Below, piece by piece: positions 1 to 7,790 of a stretch of DNA of 58,970 bases; the first letter of the stretch is position 1; every line of letters starts with the position of its first letter. The notes under the pieces are model-generated. The model did no database searches, had not been told where the DNA came from, and worked only from the letters and a program-made list of their open reading frames with translations. Source of the DNA: Flavobacteriaceae bacterium (GTDB lineage Bacteria; Bacteroidota; Bacteroidia; UKL13-3); contig JANYDJ010000160.1 of NCBI GenBank assembly GCA_025363675.1, positions 1 to 58,970 on the forward strand, given 5' to 3'. A program made the translations under genes and the position numbers.

Positions 1-160
1 TGCACATGCTGAATCATATAATGCAAAACTAAAATTATTCAGGGCTAATTTAAGAGGTGTTACTGATATTAAATTCTTCCTGTTTAGGCTTGAAAAAATA
101 TTTGCCTAATATGACTGCTCCCGTTAAAAAACAAGTGACCCTGACTAACTAGCAACAAAA

Positions 161-194
161 AATTAAAAGGCCACCCATTGCAGAGCGGCCTTTT
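161..194 (-). terminator. Hairpin AAAAGGCC-N14-GGCCTTTT, bidirectional intrinsic-terminator-like, just downstream of the thiolase stop
   Basis: GGCC at 169-172 pairs with GGCC at 187-190. The stem is extended by A4/T4, and on the minus strand it is followed by a T-rich tract (TTTTAATTTTTT). Confidence 0.55.
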
Positions 195-217
195 AAAACA
201 AAATCTTGTCACAAATA

Positions 218-1396
218 TTATAACAACTCCACCACAATAGCACTAGCACCGCCACCGCCATTGCATATACTGGCACAGCCGTATTTGCCTCCGTGCTGTT
301 GCAGTGTGCTAATTAAACTCATGGTAATACGTGTACCGCTCATCCCAATAGGATGACCCAATGCAACAGCACCACCATTTTTATTTAGTTTTTCTTCGGG
401 TATATTTAGTAGCTGGCAATTGGCAATTCCTACTACAGAAAATGCTTCATTAATTTCAAAACTATCTATTTGGTCGATGGTTAATCCCGCTCTTTGCAAA
501 GCAACAGGTATTGCTTTTGCAGGAGTGGTGGTAAACCATTCTGGAGCTTGGGCAGCATCGCCATATCCTATAATTTTTGCCAATGGTTTTAAGCCCAGTT
601 CGGCAGCTTTTTCAGCACTCATTAATACAACGGCTGCGGCTGCATCATTTAGTTTAGATGCATTGGCTGCGGTAATAACACCATCTTTACTAAAAGCAGG
701 TTTTAATGTTAGCATTTTTTCAAAATTGCCTTTACTCACGTCTTCATCAGTATCAAACAATATAGGATCTTTTCCTCTCACAGGAATTTCAACGGGAACA
801 ATTTCATTTTTAAAATTACCTGCAGCTTGTGCAGCTTGTGCTTTTTTATAACTGCTAATGGCAAACTGATCTTGTTGCTCGCGACCAATTTTATATTCTG
901 TTGAGCAAAGTTCGCCAGCCATTCCCATGTGGTAATCTTTATATACATCCCACAATCCGTCTTTTATCATACCGTCAATTATTTGTCCGTGCCCCAAGCG
1001 ATAACCATTGCGGGCTTTGTCTAGATAATAAGGAATATTGCTCATGCTTTCCATGCCACCTGCTACTATAATATCGGCCTCACCCAGTTTAATACTTTGG
1101 GCAGCCATCATAATAGCTTTCATTCCACTTGCACATACTTTATTAATAGTGGTGCAGGGAGTGGTATTTGGCAAACCTGCAAAAATTGCAGCTTGTGTGG
1201 CAGGTGCTTGTCCTACATTGGCCGACACCACATTGCCCATATATACTTCATTAACTTGCTCGGGTTTTATGCCGGCACGCTCTACGGCGGCTTTAATGGC
1301 AAATGAGCCCAATTGTGTGGCTGTAAATCCGTTCAAACTTCCATTGAAACTTCCTACTGGCGTGCGTGCCATGGATACGATTACTACTTCTTTCAT
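218..1396 (-). CDS. Acetyl-CoA C-acetyltransferase (thiolase II)
   Basis: 392-aa ORF with thiolase motifs VCASGMKA (nucleophilic Cys), NGGAVALGHPIGMSG and C-terminal CNGGGGASA. Confidence 0.95.
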   Translation of the reverse strand: MKEVVIVSMARTPVGSFNGSLNGFTATQLGSFAIKAAVERAGIKPEQVNEVYMGNVVSANVGQAPATQAAIFAGLPNTTPCTTINKVCASGMKAIMMAAQSIKLGEADIIVAGGMESMSNIPYYLDKARNGYRLGHGQIIDGMIKDGLWDVYKDYHMGMAGELCSTEYKIGREQQDQFAISSYKKAQAAQAAGNFKNEIVPVEIPVRGKDPILFDTDEDVSKGNFEKMLTLKPAFSKDGVITAANASKLNDAAAAVVLMSAEKAAELGLKPLAKIIGYGDAAQAPEWFTTTPAKAIPVALQRAGLTIDQIDSFEINEAFSVVGIANCQLLNIPEEKLNKNGGAVALGHPIGMSGTRITMSLISTLQQHGGKYGCASICNGGGGASAIVVELL

Positions 1397-1514
1397 GTAT
1401 TTATATTATATATGTTTTTTTGTGCGAAGGTAAAGCCATAGTTTGGAAAAAACGAATTTGTTAAATATGTATAGTTTACTTAATATAAACTATTATATTG
1501 TTTGTAATATTCTA

Positions 1515-2087
1515 TTAAGTAAATTTCTTCTTTTGTTTAAGGCTTTCTTCCTCATAGGTAGTTTGATATATACCATTTTTGTCTCGCTTGTTAATTTTAT
1601 ATGCTTCTCTCTCACTGTTTATACTTGTTCTCGTTTCATAAAAAATCCTAAGGTCATTGCTCAAAAATGAATGTCCGAATTTGAGCAACTCATTTTTAGC
1701 ATTTGTTAAACTGTATATTATTTTGTCATCAAGCGGAAAGGAATATTCTTTTGTTTTTGCTGTCGGGTCAATAGTTTGCTTTAATCTCCAAAGTGCGATA
1801 GAATTCCAATCATATTCAGAAAAGTCATTACTGTTCCCTTCTCCTAAAACAATGTTATAGTAGTATGGATAATCTGTCGGATAGTTTGAACTACATACTC
1901 GGATATACCGTTTATCCTTACGCCAAACAATCTTTGTTGAATATTTTTCAACTTCTGTTTTATTGTGTCCGAAACCAAATTGGTCAATTGCGGGTGTAAT
2001 AATTTCAACAGCTTTTTCTGCAAAACTTATTTGTTCAATACTACCATTAGCTATTTGTTTGCGTTTAAAGAAGTCAAAAAGTCCCAC
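1515..2087 (-). CDS. Hypothetical protein (190 aa)
   Basis: Long ORF with a GTG start, AT-rich, no motif I recognise. It occupies the position directly downstream of nuoF where nuoG would be expected. Confidence 0.6.
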   Translation of the reverse strand: MGLFDFFKRKQIANGSIEQISFAEKAVEIITPAIDQFGFGHNKTEVEKYSTKIVWRKDKRYIRVCSSNYPTDYPYYYNIVLGEGNSNDFSEYDWNSIALWRLKQTIDPTAKTKEYSFPLDDKIIYSLTNAKNELLKFGHSFLSNDLRIFYETRTSINSEREAYKINKRDKNGIYQTTYEEESLKQKKKFT

Positions 2088-2139
2088 AGTATTATTTTAA
2101 GATTCTAATGCATGAACAAGTATAACATATAACAATATT

Positions 2140-3489
2140 TTATTGTGCTATCTCAAAAACCTTCTCAGCCACCAAACCATAGTTTTTGGTTTGTGCCAAT
2201 TGTGGGTTTTTAATATGCCATTCAAATTCTTCTCTAAAATGGCGGATAGCAGCCGCAACAGGCCATGCAGCAGCATCTCCAAGCGGGCATATTGTATTTC
2301 CTTCTATGCGGCGTTGTATATCCCACAGCAAATCTATATCATCCATTTTTCCTGTGCCATTTTCTATATGATATAATACTTTTTCCATCCATCCTGTTCC
2401 TTCGCGGCATGGGCTGCATTGTCCACAACTTTCGTGGCGGTAGAAACGGGCAAGATTCCAGGTATTGCGAACTACACATTGGTCTTCATCATATACTATA
2501 AATCCTCCCGAGCCTAGCATAGAGCCAGTAGCAAATCCACCATCAGCAAGCGATTCGTAACTCATTAATCGGTCTTCGCCTTTGGCTGTTTTACAAACTA
2601 AAAAGTGTGGTATAATAGGAACCGATGAACCACCGGGAATACAAGCTTTTAATTTTTTTCCGTTTTTTATTCCGCCACAATATTCATCACTATATAAAAA
2701 CTCTTCCACAGGAATTCCCAATTCTATTTCATATACTCCGGGTTTATTTATATTACCACAAGCAGAAATTAATTTAGTTCCCGTACTTTTTCCAATTCCA
2801 ATTTTTGCATACTCATCGCCACCATCATTTATAATAGGAACAACTGCTGCAATAGTTTCAACATTATTTACCACAGTAGGGCTTTGCCACAAACCTTTTA
2901 CCGCAGGGAAAGGTGGTTTCATTCTAGGGTTTCCGCGTTTTCCTTCAAGGCTTTCTAACAGGGCAGTTTCTTCACCACATATATATGCACCCGCACCGCA
3001 GGTAACATATAAATCTAAGTTGTAGCCTGTACCTAATATATTCTTTCCCAACCAGCCATTTGCGTAAGCTTCGGCGATGGCTTTTTCTAATATATGTAAT
3101 ACCCACATATATTCTCCACGTATATATATATAGGAGGTATTTGCTCCCAAAGCATAACTACTTGTTATCATACCTTCCACCAAATAGTGTGGAATTTTTT
3201 CCATCAAATATCTATCTTTAAAAGTGCCTGGTTCGCTCTCATCGGCATTGCAAACGAGGTAACGGGGAATGCCTTCGGGTTTTGCCAGAAAACTCCATTT
3301 CATACCTGTAGGAAAGCCTGCACCGCCACGTCCACGCAGTCCCGATTTTTTTACTTCTTCCACCACTTCTTCGGGTGTCATCGTTTTTAGAGCTTTTTCT
3401 ACGCTGCGGTATCCACCTTCTTTGCGATAAACTTCGTATGTTTCAATATCTGGAACATTTACTTTATCTATCAATAATTTTCTGCCCAT
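2140..3489 (-). CDS. nuoF: NADH-quinone oxidoreductase subunit F
   Basis: 449 aa with GRGGAGFPTG (FMN/NADH site) and ESCGQCSPCREG (4Fe-4S motif). Only a 4-bp gap separates it from nuoE. Confidence 0.97.
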   Translation of the reverse strand: MGRKLLIDKVNVPDIETYEVYRKEGGYRSVEKALKTMTPEEVVEEVKKSGLRGRGGAGFPTGMKWSFLAKPEGIPRYLVCNADESEPGTFKDRYLMEKIPHYLVEGMITSSYALGANTSYIYIRGEYMWVLHILEKAIAEAYANGWLGKNILGTGYNLDLYVTCGAGAYICGEETALLESLEGKRGNPRMKPPFPAVKGLWQSPTVVNNVETIAAVVPIINDGGDEYAKIGIGKSTGTKLISACGNINKPGVYEIELGIPVEEFLYSDEYCGGIKNGKKLKACIPGGSSVPIIPHFLVCKTAKGEDRLMSYESLADGGFATGSMLGSGGFIVYDEDQCVVRNTWNLARFYRHESCGQCSPCREGTGWMEKVLYHIENGTGKMDDIDLLWDIQRRIEGNTICPLGDAAAWPVAAAIRHFREEFEWHIKNPQLAQTKNYGLVAEKVFEIAQ

Positions 3490-3493
3490 TGTA

Positions 3494-4000
3494 TTATACT
3501 TTATTTTTTAGCTCTGCTATTAATTGATCTACTATTTCGGGTGTGAGATGTTCACGAAAACTATCACCCAATTGTAACATAGGGGCATAACCACAAGCAC
3601 CCAAACATTCTACACCACGCCAGCTAAAAAGCCCATCGGGTGTGGTTTCGCCTTGTTTTACACCCAAACGATTTTCTATATGATTACAAAGTTTCTCAGC
3701 ACCTTCTATCATACATGGACCCGTATGACAAACATCGAAAACATATTTGCCAACAGGTTTGGTAAAATACATAGAATAAAAAGTAGCCACTTCATATACT
3801 TCGATAGGTTTTAGATTCATTACTTCAGCCACATAATTCATAGTGTCTGCACTCAACCATCCATCGAATTGTTTCTGTGCAATATGTAATATTCTTAGTA
3901 ATGCTGATTTATGTTTACCTTCAGGATACTCTCCCATCAAGCGTTTCACCAGTTGCATATTTTCTGGAGAAAATTCAATTTTTTGATCAGTTGTTGTCAT
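3494..4000 (-). CDS. nuoE: NADH-quinone oxidoreductase subunit E
   Basis: 168 aa with the 2Fe-2S cysteine pattern CHTGPC ... CLGACGYAP. Confidence 0.96.
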   Translation of the reverse strand: MTTTDQKIEFSPENMQLVKRLMGEYPEGKHKSALLRILHIAQKQFDGWLSADTMNYVAEVMNLKPIEVYEVATFYSMYFTKPVGKYVFDVCHTGPCMIEGAEKLCNHIENRLGVKQGETTPDGLFSWRGVECLGACGYAPMLQLGDSFREHLTPEIVDQLIAELKNKV

Positions 4001-4012
4001 CTATATATAAAA

Positions 4013-4125
4013 TTTTGTCAGTCTGAGTTTATCGAAGACTACGATTTTTATTTTGTCATGTTGAGCGGAGTCGAAGCATGCGATTTTTTTATTTGTTATG
4101 TTAAGCATAGTCGAAACATTATGCG
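4013..4125. repeat. Three tandem copies of a hairpin repeat (TTTTGTCA-stem-GAGCGKAGTCGA-stem-CGATTTT) in the nuoE-nuoD spacer
   Basis: Copies lie at 4013-4048, 4051-4087 and 4092-4125. Stems are AGTCT/AGACT, CATGTT/AGCATG and ATGTT/AACAT around a conserved 11-12-nt centre. The last copy overlaps the nuoD stop codon. Confidence 0.85.
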
Positions 4126-5318
4126 TCCAATTCGCCAGCTATTACATTGAGTGAACTTAAGGTAACTACCGCATCACTCAATAAACAACCTTTTATCATT
4201 TCAGGATATGCTTGGTAATATATAAAACAGGGTCTGCGAAAATGCAAACGAAAAGGTTTGCGACCACCGTCAGATACTAGATAGTAGCCCAACTCGCCGT
4301 TACCACCTTCCACGCTATGATATACTTCGCCCACCGGAACATCCATCTCGCCCATTACAATTTTGAAATGATATATAAGAGCTTCCATATTATTATATAC
4401 ATCATCTTTCGGCGGCAAATAGAAATCGGGAACATCAGCATGGTAATTTCCTTCGGGCAAATTATTATATGCCTGATTGATTATTTTTACACTCTCCCAA
4501 ATTTCTTGTTGGCGTACCATATATCTATCATAAGTATCGCCTGAAATTCCAACAGGTATAATAAAATCAAAATCCTGATAACTGCTATAAGGATTCATTA
4601 CACGCACATCGTAGTCAACGCCCGCAGCACGAAGGTTGGGGCCAGTGAAGCCATAATTCAAACTGCGTTCAGCATCAAAAGGACATGCATTAATTACACG
4701 ATCCATAAATACACGGTTACGTTCGGTAAGGTCGCAAAACTCTTGGAATTTTTTTGGAAATTCGGCCAAGAATTTTTTAAGTTTTTGGTGAAATGCGAGA
4801 GAAAAATCTCTTTCAAATCCACCGATTCTTCCTATATTGGTAGTGAGCCTTGCACCACAAACTTCTTCATACAATTCATATATTTTTTCACGCTCTTGAA
4901 ACATATACGTAAAACCCGTTAATGCTCCCGTATCCACTGCTATCACAGTATTACAAACCAAGTGATCGGCAATGCGGGCAAGTTCCATTATAATAACACG
5001 CATATAATCTACACGTTTGGGAACGGTACAGCCGATTAGTTTTTCCACCGTCATGTGCCAACCCAAATTATTGATGGGCGATGAGCAATAGTTAAGTCTA
5101 TCAGTAAGTGGTGTTATTTGATTAAATGGTCTATGCTCTGCAATTTTTTCAAAGGCTCGGTGTATATAACCTACTGTTTGCTCGCTATTATATATTCGTT
5201 CGCCATTCATGGTTAATATATTTTGAAATATACCATGGGTGGCAGGATGCGTAGGGCCTAAATTGAGGGTAGAAAATTCGCCTTCAAGGGTATCAATATC
5301 TATAGAATCTATGCTCAT
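4119..5318 (-). CDS. nuoD: NADH-quinone oxidoreductase subunit D
   Basis: 399 aa with LNLGPTHPATHG near the N-terminus and a NuoD/49-kDa-like C-terminus. Only a 3-bp gap separates it from nuoC. Confidence 0.97.
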   Translation of the reverse strand: MSIDSIDIDTLEGEFSTLNLGPTHPATHGIFQNILTMNGERIYNSEQTVGYIHRAFEKIAEHRPFNQITPLTDRLNYCSSPINNLGWHMTVEKLIGCTVPKRVDYMRVIIMELARIADHLVCNTVIAVDTGALTGFTYMFQEREKIYELYEEVCGARLTTNIGRIGGFERDFSLAFHQKLKKFLAEFPKKFQEFCDLTERNRVFMDRVINACPFDAERSLNYGFTGPNLRAAGVDYDVRVMNPYSSYQDFDFIIPVGISGDTYDRYMVRQQEIWESVKIINQAYNNLPEGNYHADVPDFYLPPKDDVYNNMEALIYHFKIVMGEMDVPVGEVYHSVEGGNGELGYYLVSDGGRKPFRLHFRRPCFIYYQAYPEMIKGCLLSDAVVTLSSLNVIAGELDA

Positions 5319-5321
5319 AAA

Positions 5322-5861
5322 TTATTTTATATAACGTTGGTCAAACTCTACACCATCATGTCCATCGCGGCCAAAGAAACGATCGTCTTTATCGGTACGT
5401 GTTCCATCTTCCAGTTTGTATTGTTTCAACATTGGGTGATAATCCATATCATCCATATTTAAAATTCTTCTCAAATCGGGATGGCCCTTAAATTTGATTC
5501 CATAAAAATCGAAAGTTTCGCGTTCCATCCAGTTGGCTGCTTTAAAAAGAGAGGTAATACTATCAATATGTGGATCGCCTATCGGCATAAAACATTTGAT
5601 ACGGATGCGAATATTTTTTCTCATCCCATGAAACATATATACCATGCCCAGCTCACGCCCTTGTTGGTCGGGATGGTGCATGCCGCAGAGGTCGGTCATA
5701 AAATTGCATTGTAATAGTTCGTCGGTTTTAATAAACTCGACCACCGGTAATAAAGCATCGCTATTTATTATAATAGTGAGCATACCATAAGGCTCATCAA
5801 ACTCCAAAATTTGATCGGCAAATTTGGTTCTTATATGGTCTAAAATTTCTTGGTTGGTCAT
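5322..5861 (-). CDS. nuoC: NADH-quinone oxidoreductase subunit C
   Basis: 179 aa with ERETFDFYGIKFKGHPDLRRIL, the 30-kDa subunit signature. Confidence 0.95.
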   Translation of the reverse strand: MTNQEILDHIRTKFADQILEFDEPYGMLTIIINSDALLPVVEFIKTDELLQCNFMTDLCGMHHPDQQGRELGMVYMFHGMRKNIRIRIKCFMPIGDPHIDSITSLFKAANWMERETFDFYGIKFKGHPDLRRILNMDDMDYHPMLKQYKLEDGTRTDKDDRFFGRDGHDGVEFDQRYIK

Positions 5862-5882
5862 TAATTATTTACGATTTTTTTA

Positions 5883-6000
5883 TTTTGTCATGCTGAGCGT
5901 AGTCGAAGCATACGATTTTGCTGACGCCGGATTTAATAGTGCTTGCGATTGTATATTTTTTTTTGACTGCATTGTTATCCTGAGCGTAGTCGAAGGGTTA
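5883..6000. repeat. Two further copies of the GAGCGTAGTCGA-loop hairpin repeat in the nuoC-nuoB spacer
   Basis: Copies lie at 5883-5919 (stem ATGCT/AGCAT) and 5971-6000 (stem ATCCT/AGGGT). The second copy overlaps the nuoB stop codon. Confidence 0.85.
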
Positions 6001-6534
6001 ACTTATATTATATGAATCTTTTAATGCTTTGTATTCGGGACTATTGCGTCGGTTTCCACTTTCGTTTTTCACCAGTTCTTGTAGTTTGATAATGCCATCA
6101 ATAATTTGCTCAGGACGCGGAGGGCAACCCGGCACATATACATCTACAGGAATTACTTTATCAATTCCCTGCAACACAGAATAGGTATCGAAAATACCAC
6201 CACTACTGGCACAGGCACCGATGGCAATTACCCAGCGAGGCTCTGCCATTTGATCATATACTTGTTTCAATACTGGGCCTAGCTTTTTGGCGATGGTTCC
6301 AGCCACCAACAATACATCTGCTTGTCTCGGACTAAAGCTCATACGCTCCATCCCGAAACGGGCCAAGTCGTAGTTAGAACCCATAGTTGCCATAAACTCA
6401 ATGCCGCAGCAAGAAGTGGCGAAAGGCAAAGGCCAAAGAGAATTAGCTCTGGCAAGGCCTATTATCTTATCTACCCCTGTGGCAAAAAAACCAGGACCTT
6501 CAAATCCATCGGGGGCGTTTACCGTCTTTACCAT
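5998..6534 (-). CDS. nuoB: NADH-quinone oxidoreductase subunit B
   Basis: 178 aa with the Cys motifs [14 protein letters not shown] and PGCPPRPE (cluster N2 ligands). Confidence 0.97.
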   Translation of the reverse strand: MVKTVNAPDGFEGPGFFATGVDKIIGLARANSLWPLPFATSCCGIEFMATMGSNYDLARFGMERMSFSPRQADVLLVAGTIAKKLGPVLKQVYDQMAEPRWVIAIGACASSGGIFDTYSVLQGIDKVIPVDVYVPGCPPRPEQIIDGIIKLQELVKNESGNRRNSPEYKALKDSYNIS

Positions 6535-6540
6535 TATTTT

Positions 6541-6638
6541 TAGTTTTTAGTCGTTAGTCAATTAGTCGTTAGTCCTAGTGATTAGTATTCAGAGTTTACA
6601 CCGTCCCGACCATTCGGGAGGTACTAATTACTGATTAC
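6541..6638. repeat. Imperfect palindromic element with 7-nt periodic arms (TAGTCGT-type) around a CCCGACCATTCGGG hairpin, in the nuoB-nuoA spacer
   Basis: The left arm TAGTCGT TAGTCAA(T) TAGTCGT TAGTCCT AGTGAT TAGTATT lies within 6541-6592. The core hairpin CCCGA-CCAT-TCGGG is at 6605-6618. The right arm GTACTAATTACTGATTAC is at 6621-6638 and is partly complementary to the left arm. Confidence 0.7.
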
Positions 6639-6642
6639 TTTT

Positions 6643-7014
6643 TTATTTTTCCCATTCCAAAGCACCTTTTTTCAGTACGTAAAAAAATCCAATCAAGAAA
6701 AAAGCAACGAACATTACTACTGCCAAAAAACCCGGAGAGCCGAGCGATTTGAAATTGACTGCGTAAGGATAAAAGAAAATTACTTCCACATCGAACAACA
6801 CAAAAAGAATTGCCGTTAGGAAATACTTCACAGAGAATTTAACACGGGCATCGCCTTGAGATTCAATACCGCATTCAAAATTATCGGTTTTGGTTGCCCC
6901 TTTACTTTTAGGCCCGAGCATGGGTACCAATACCAGTACCAAACCCACAAAACCCAAAGCCACAATAGATTGTAGCACAATAGGCATATAACTTGACGAT
7001 GATGAATCTAACAT
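6643..7014 (-). CDS. nuoA: NADH-quinone oxidoreductase subunit A
   Basis: 123 aa, three hydrophobic segments, FECGIES and FDVEVIFFYP motifs. It is the first gene of the nuo run. Confidence 0.95.
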   Translation of the reverse strand: MLDSSSSSYMPIVLQSIVALGFVGLVLVLVPMLGPKSKGATKTDNFECGIESQGDARVKFSVKYFLTAILFVLFDVEVIFFYPYAVNFKSLGSPGFLAVVMFVAFFLIGFFYVLKKGALEWEK

Positions 7015-7043
7015 GGTTTCAATTTTTTTGATTTTTTACGATG

Positions 7044-7051
7044 CAAAAGTA
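7044..7051 (-). promoter_or_regulatory. Candidate Bacteroidota -7 box (TACTTTTG = TAnnTTTG) upstream of nuoA
   Basis: Exact match to TAnnTTTG on the minus strand, 29 nt upstream of the nuoA ATG. I found no clean -33 TTTG. Confidence 0.35.
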
Positions 7052-7340
7052 CGAAAAGAAGTGAGAAAAAAAGAATAGATATTATAGGTGTTTTTGTGAA
7101 TTACTCTGAGTATTAAGTTTGATGCATAAGTTTATTTATAACAATCTATTTTATAAATTTTTATATTTAAGCGGGGACAAATTTGCACAATTAAAAATAT
7201 GGATTACATTTGCTTTTCAAATCCTAAAAATTAAAACATGAAAAAACACATTACCCCCCCCCACAGTTCAAAATTTAACTGCACTGCCTTCAAAAGGACA
7301 CAGTTGTAAAATTAAGTTCGTTTTTGCCTCCATCTTCATA

Positions 7341-7751
7341 TTGTTATTTAGCGTTACTAAAGGACAAAATTGTTGGGGAACGCTAAGTCAGTGTCCACCT
7401 CAATATCAGATATGCAATGAAACCAGTTGCCCACTAACAATAGATTTAGCAGAATTTGTTTGCAAAAATGGGCAAAATATGACGACTTGTACGACTATAT
7501 GGGCACCTTTAACTCTTCTTCCTCAAAATGGTGCAACCCCATATTGTGTTATGTATGTTAATACAAACAATTCATGCATTGATTGCAATTTTCACCTGTT
7601 AACAAATACTGTTGGACTACCGTGGCATATGGACTGTGGTACAGCTAACATCCCTAATCCAACACCATATTCCTGCAATGGAATGGCTATATGGTGTACT
7701 TATTTACCAGGAACTCCTGCTACAGGAGCCCAATTCAGATTTCATTATTAA
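7341..7751 (+). CDS. Small cysteine-rich secreted protein with an unresolved N-terminus
   Basis: The open frame actually extends back to 7242. It encodes ...KIKFVFASIFILLFSVTKGQ (signal-peptide-like) followed by about 130 aa with 12 Cys. The only canonical in-frame start is TTG at 7341, which would delete the signal peptide. ATG at 7238 is off by one frame across a C9 tract (7254-7262). Confidence 0.6.
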   Translation: MLFSVTKGQNCWGTLSQCPPQYQICNETSCPLTIDLAEFVCKNGQNMTTCTTIWAPLTLLPQNGATPYCVMYVNTNNSCIDCNFHLLTNTVGLPWHMDCGTANIPNPTPYSCNGMAIWCTYLPGTPATGAQFRFHY

Positions 7752-7790
7752 AAAGGTACAAGCGGCAAGGGTACAAAAGGAGCTATATAT

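Noticed and set aside
1-109. Possible partial CDS ends at the window edges. One is a plus-strand frame ending with TAA at 107-109. The other is a minus-strand frame ending with TAG (58873-58875) that encodes ...GAVHAKEIAQKYKTEKARKLLLEVNGYLMGR.
   Set aside because: Each has only about 30 codons visible with no diagnostic motif. They are plausible as convergent gene ends next to terminator-like hairpins but too short to call.
420-1433. Plus-strand ORFs (420-851, 1038-1433, 1097-1306) inside the thiolase gene. Similar antisense ORFs occur inside nuoF, nuoD, secA, the 1991-aa gene and others.
   Set aside because: They are shadow ORFs antisense to genes with unambiguous family motifs. Their translations are low-complexity or hydrophobic with no motifs.
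3911-4150. Small plus-strand ORFs 3911-4150 and 5824-6015 encoding ...FVMLSGVEA... and ...VILSVVEG... peptides.
   Set aside because: They are simply translations of the tandem hairpin repeats in the nuo spacers. The recurring peptide reflects the conserved repeat loop, not a gene.
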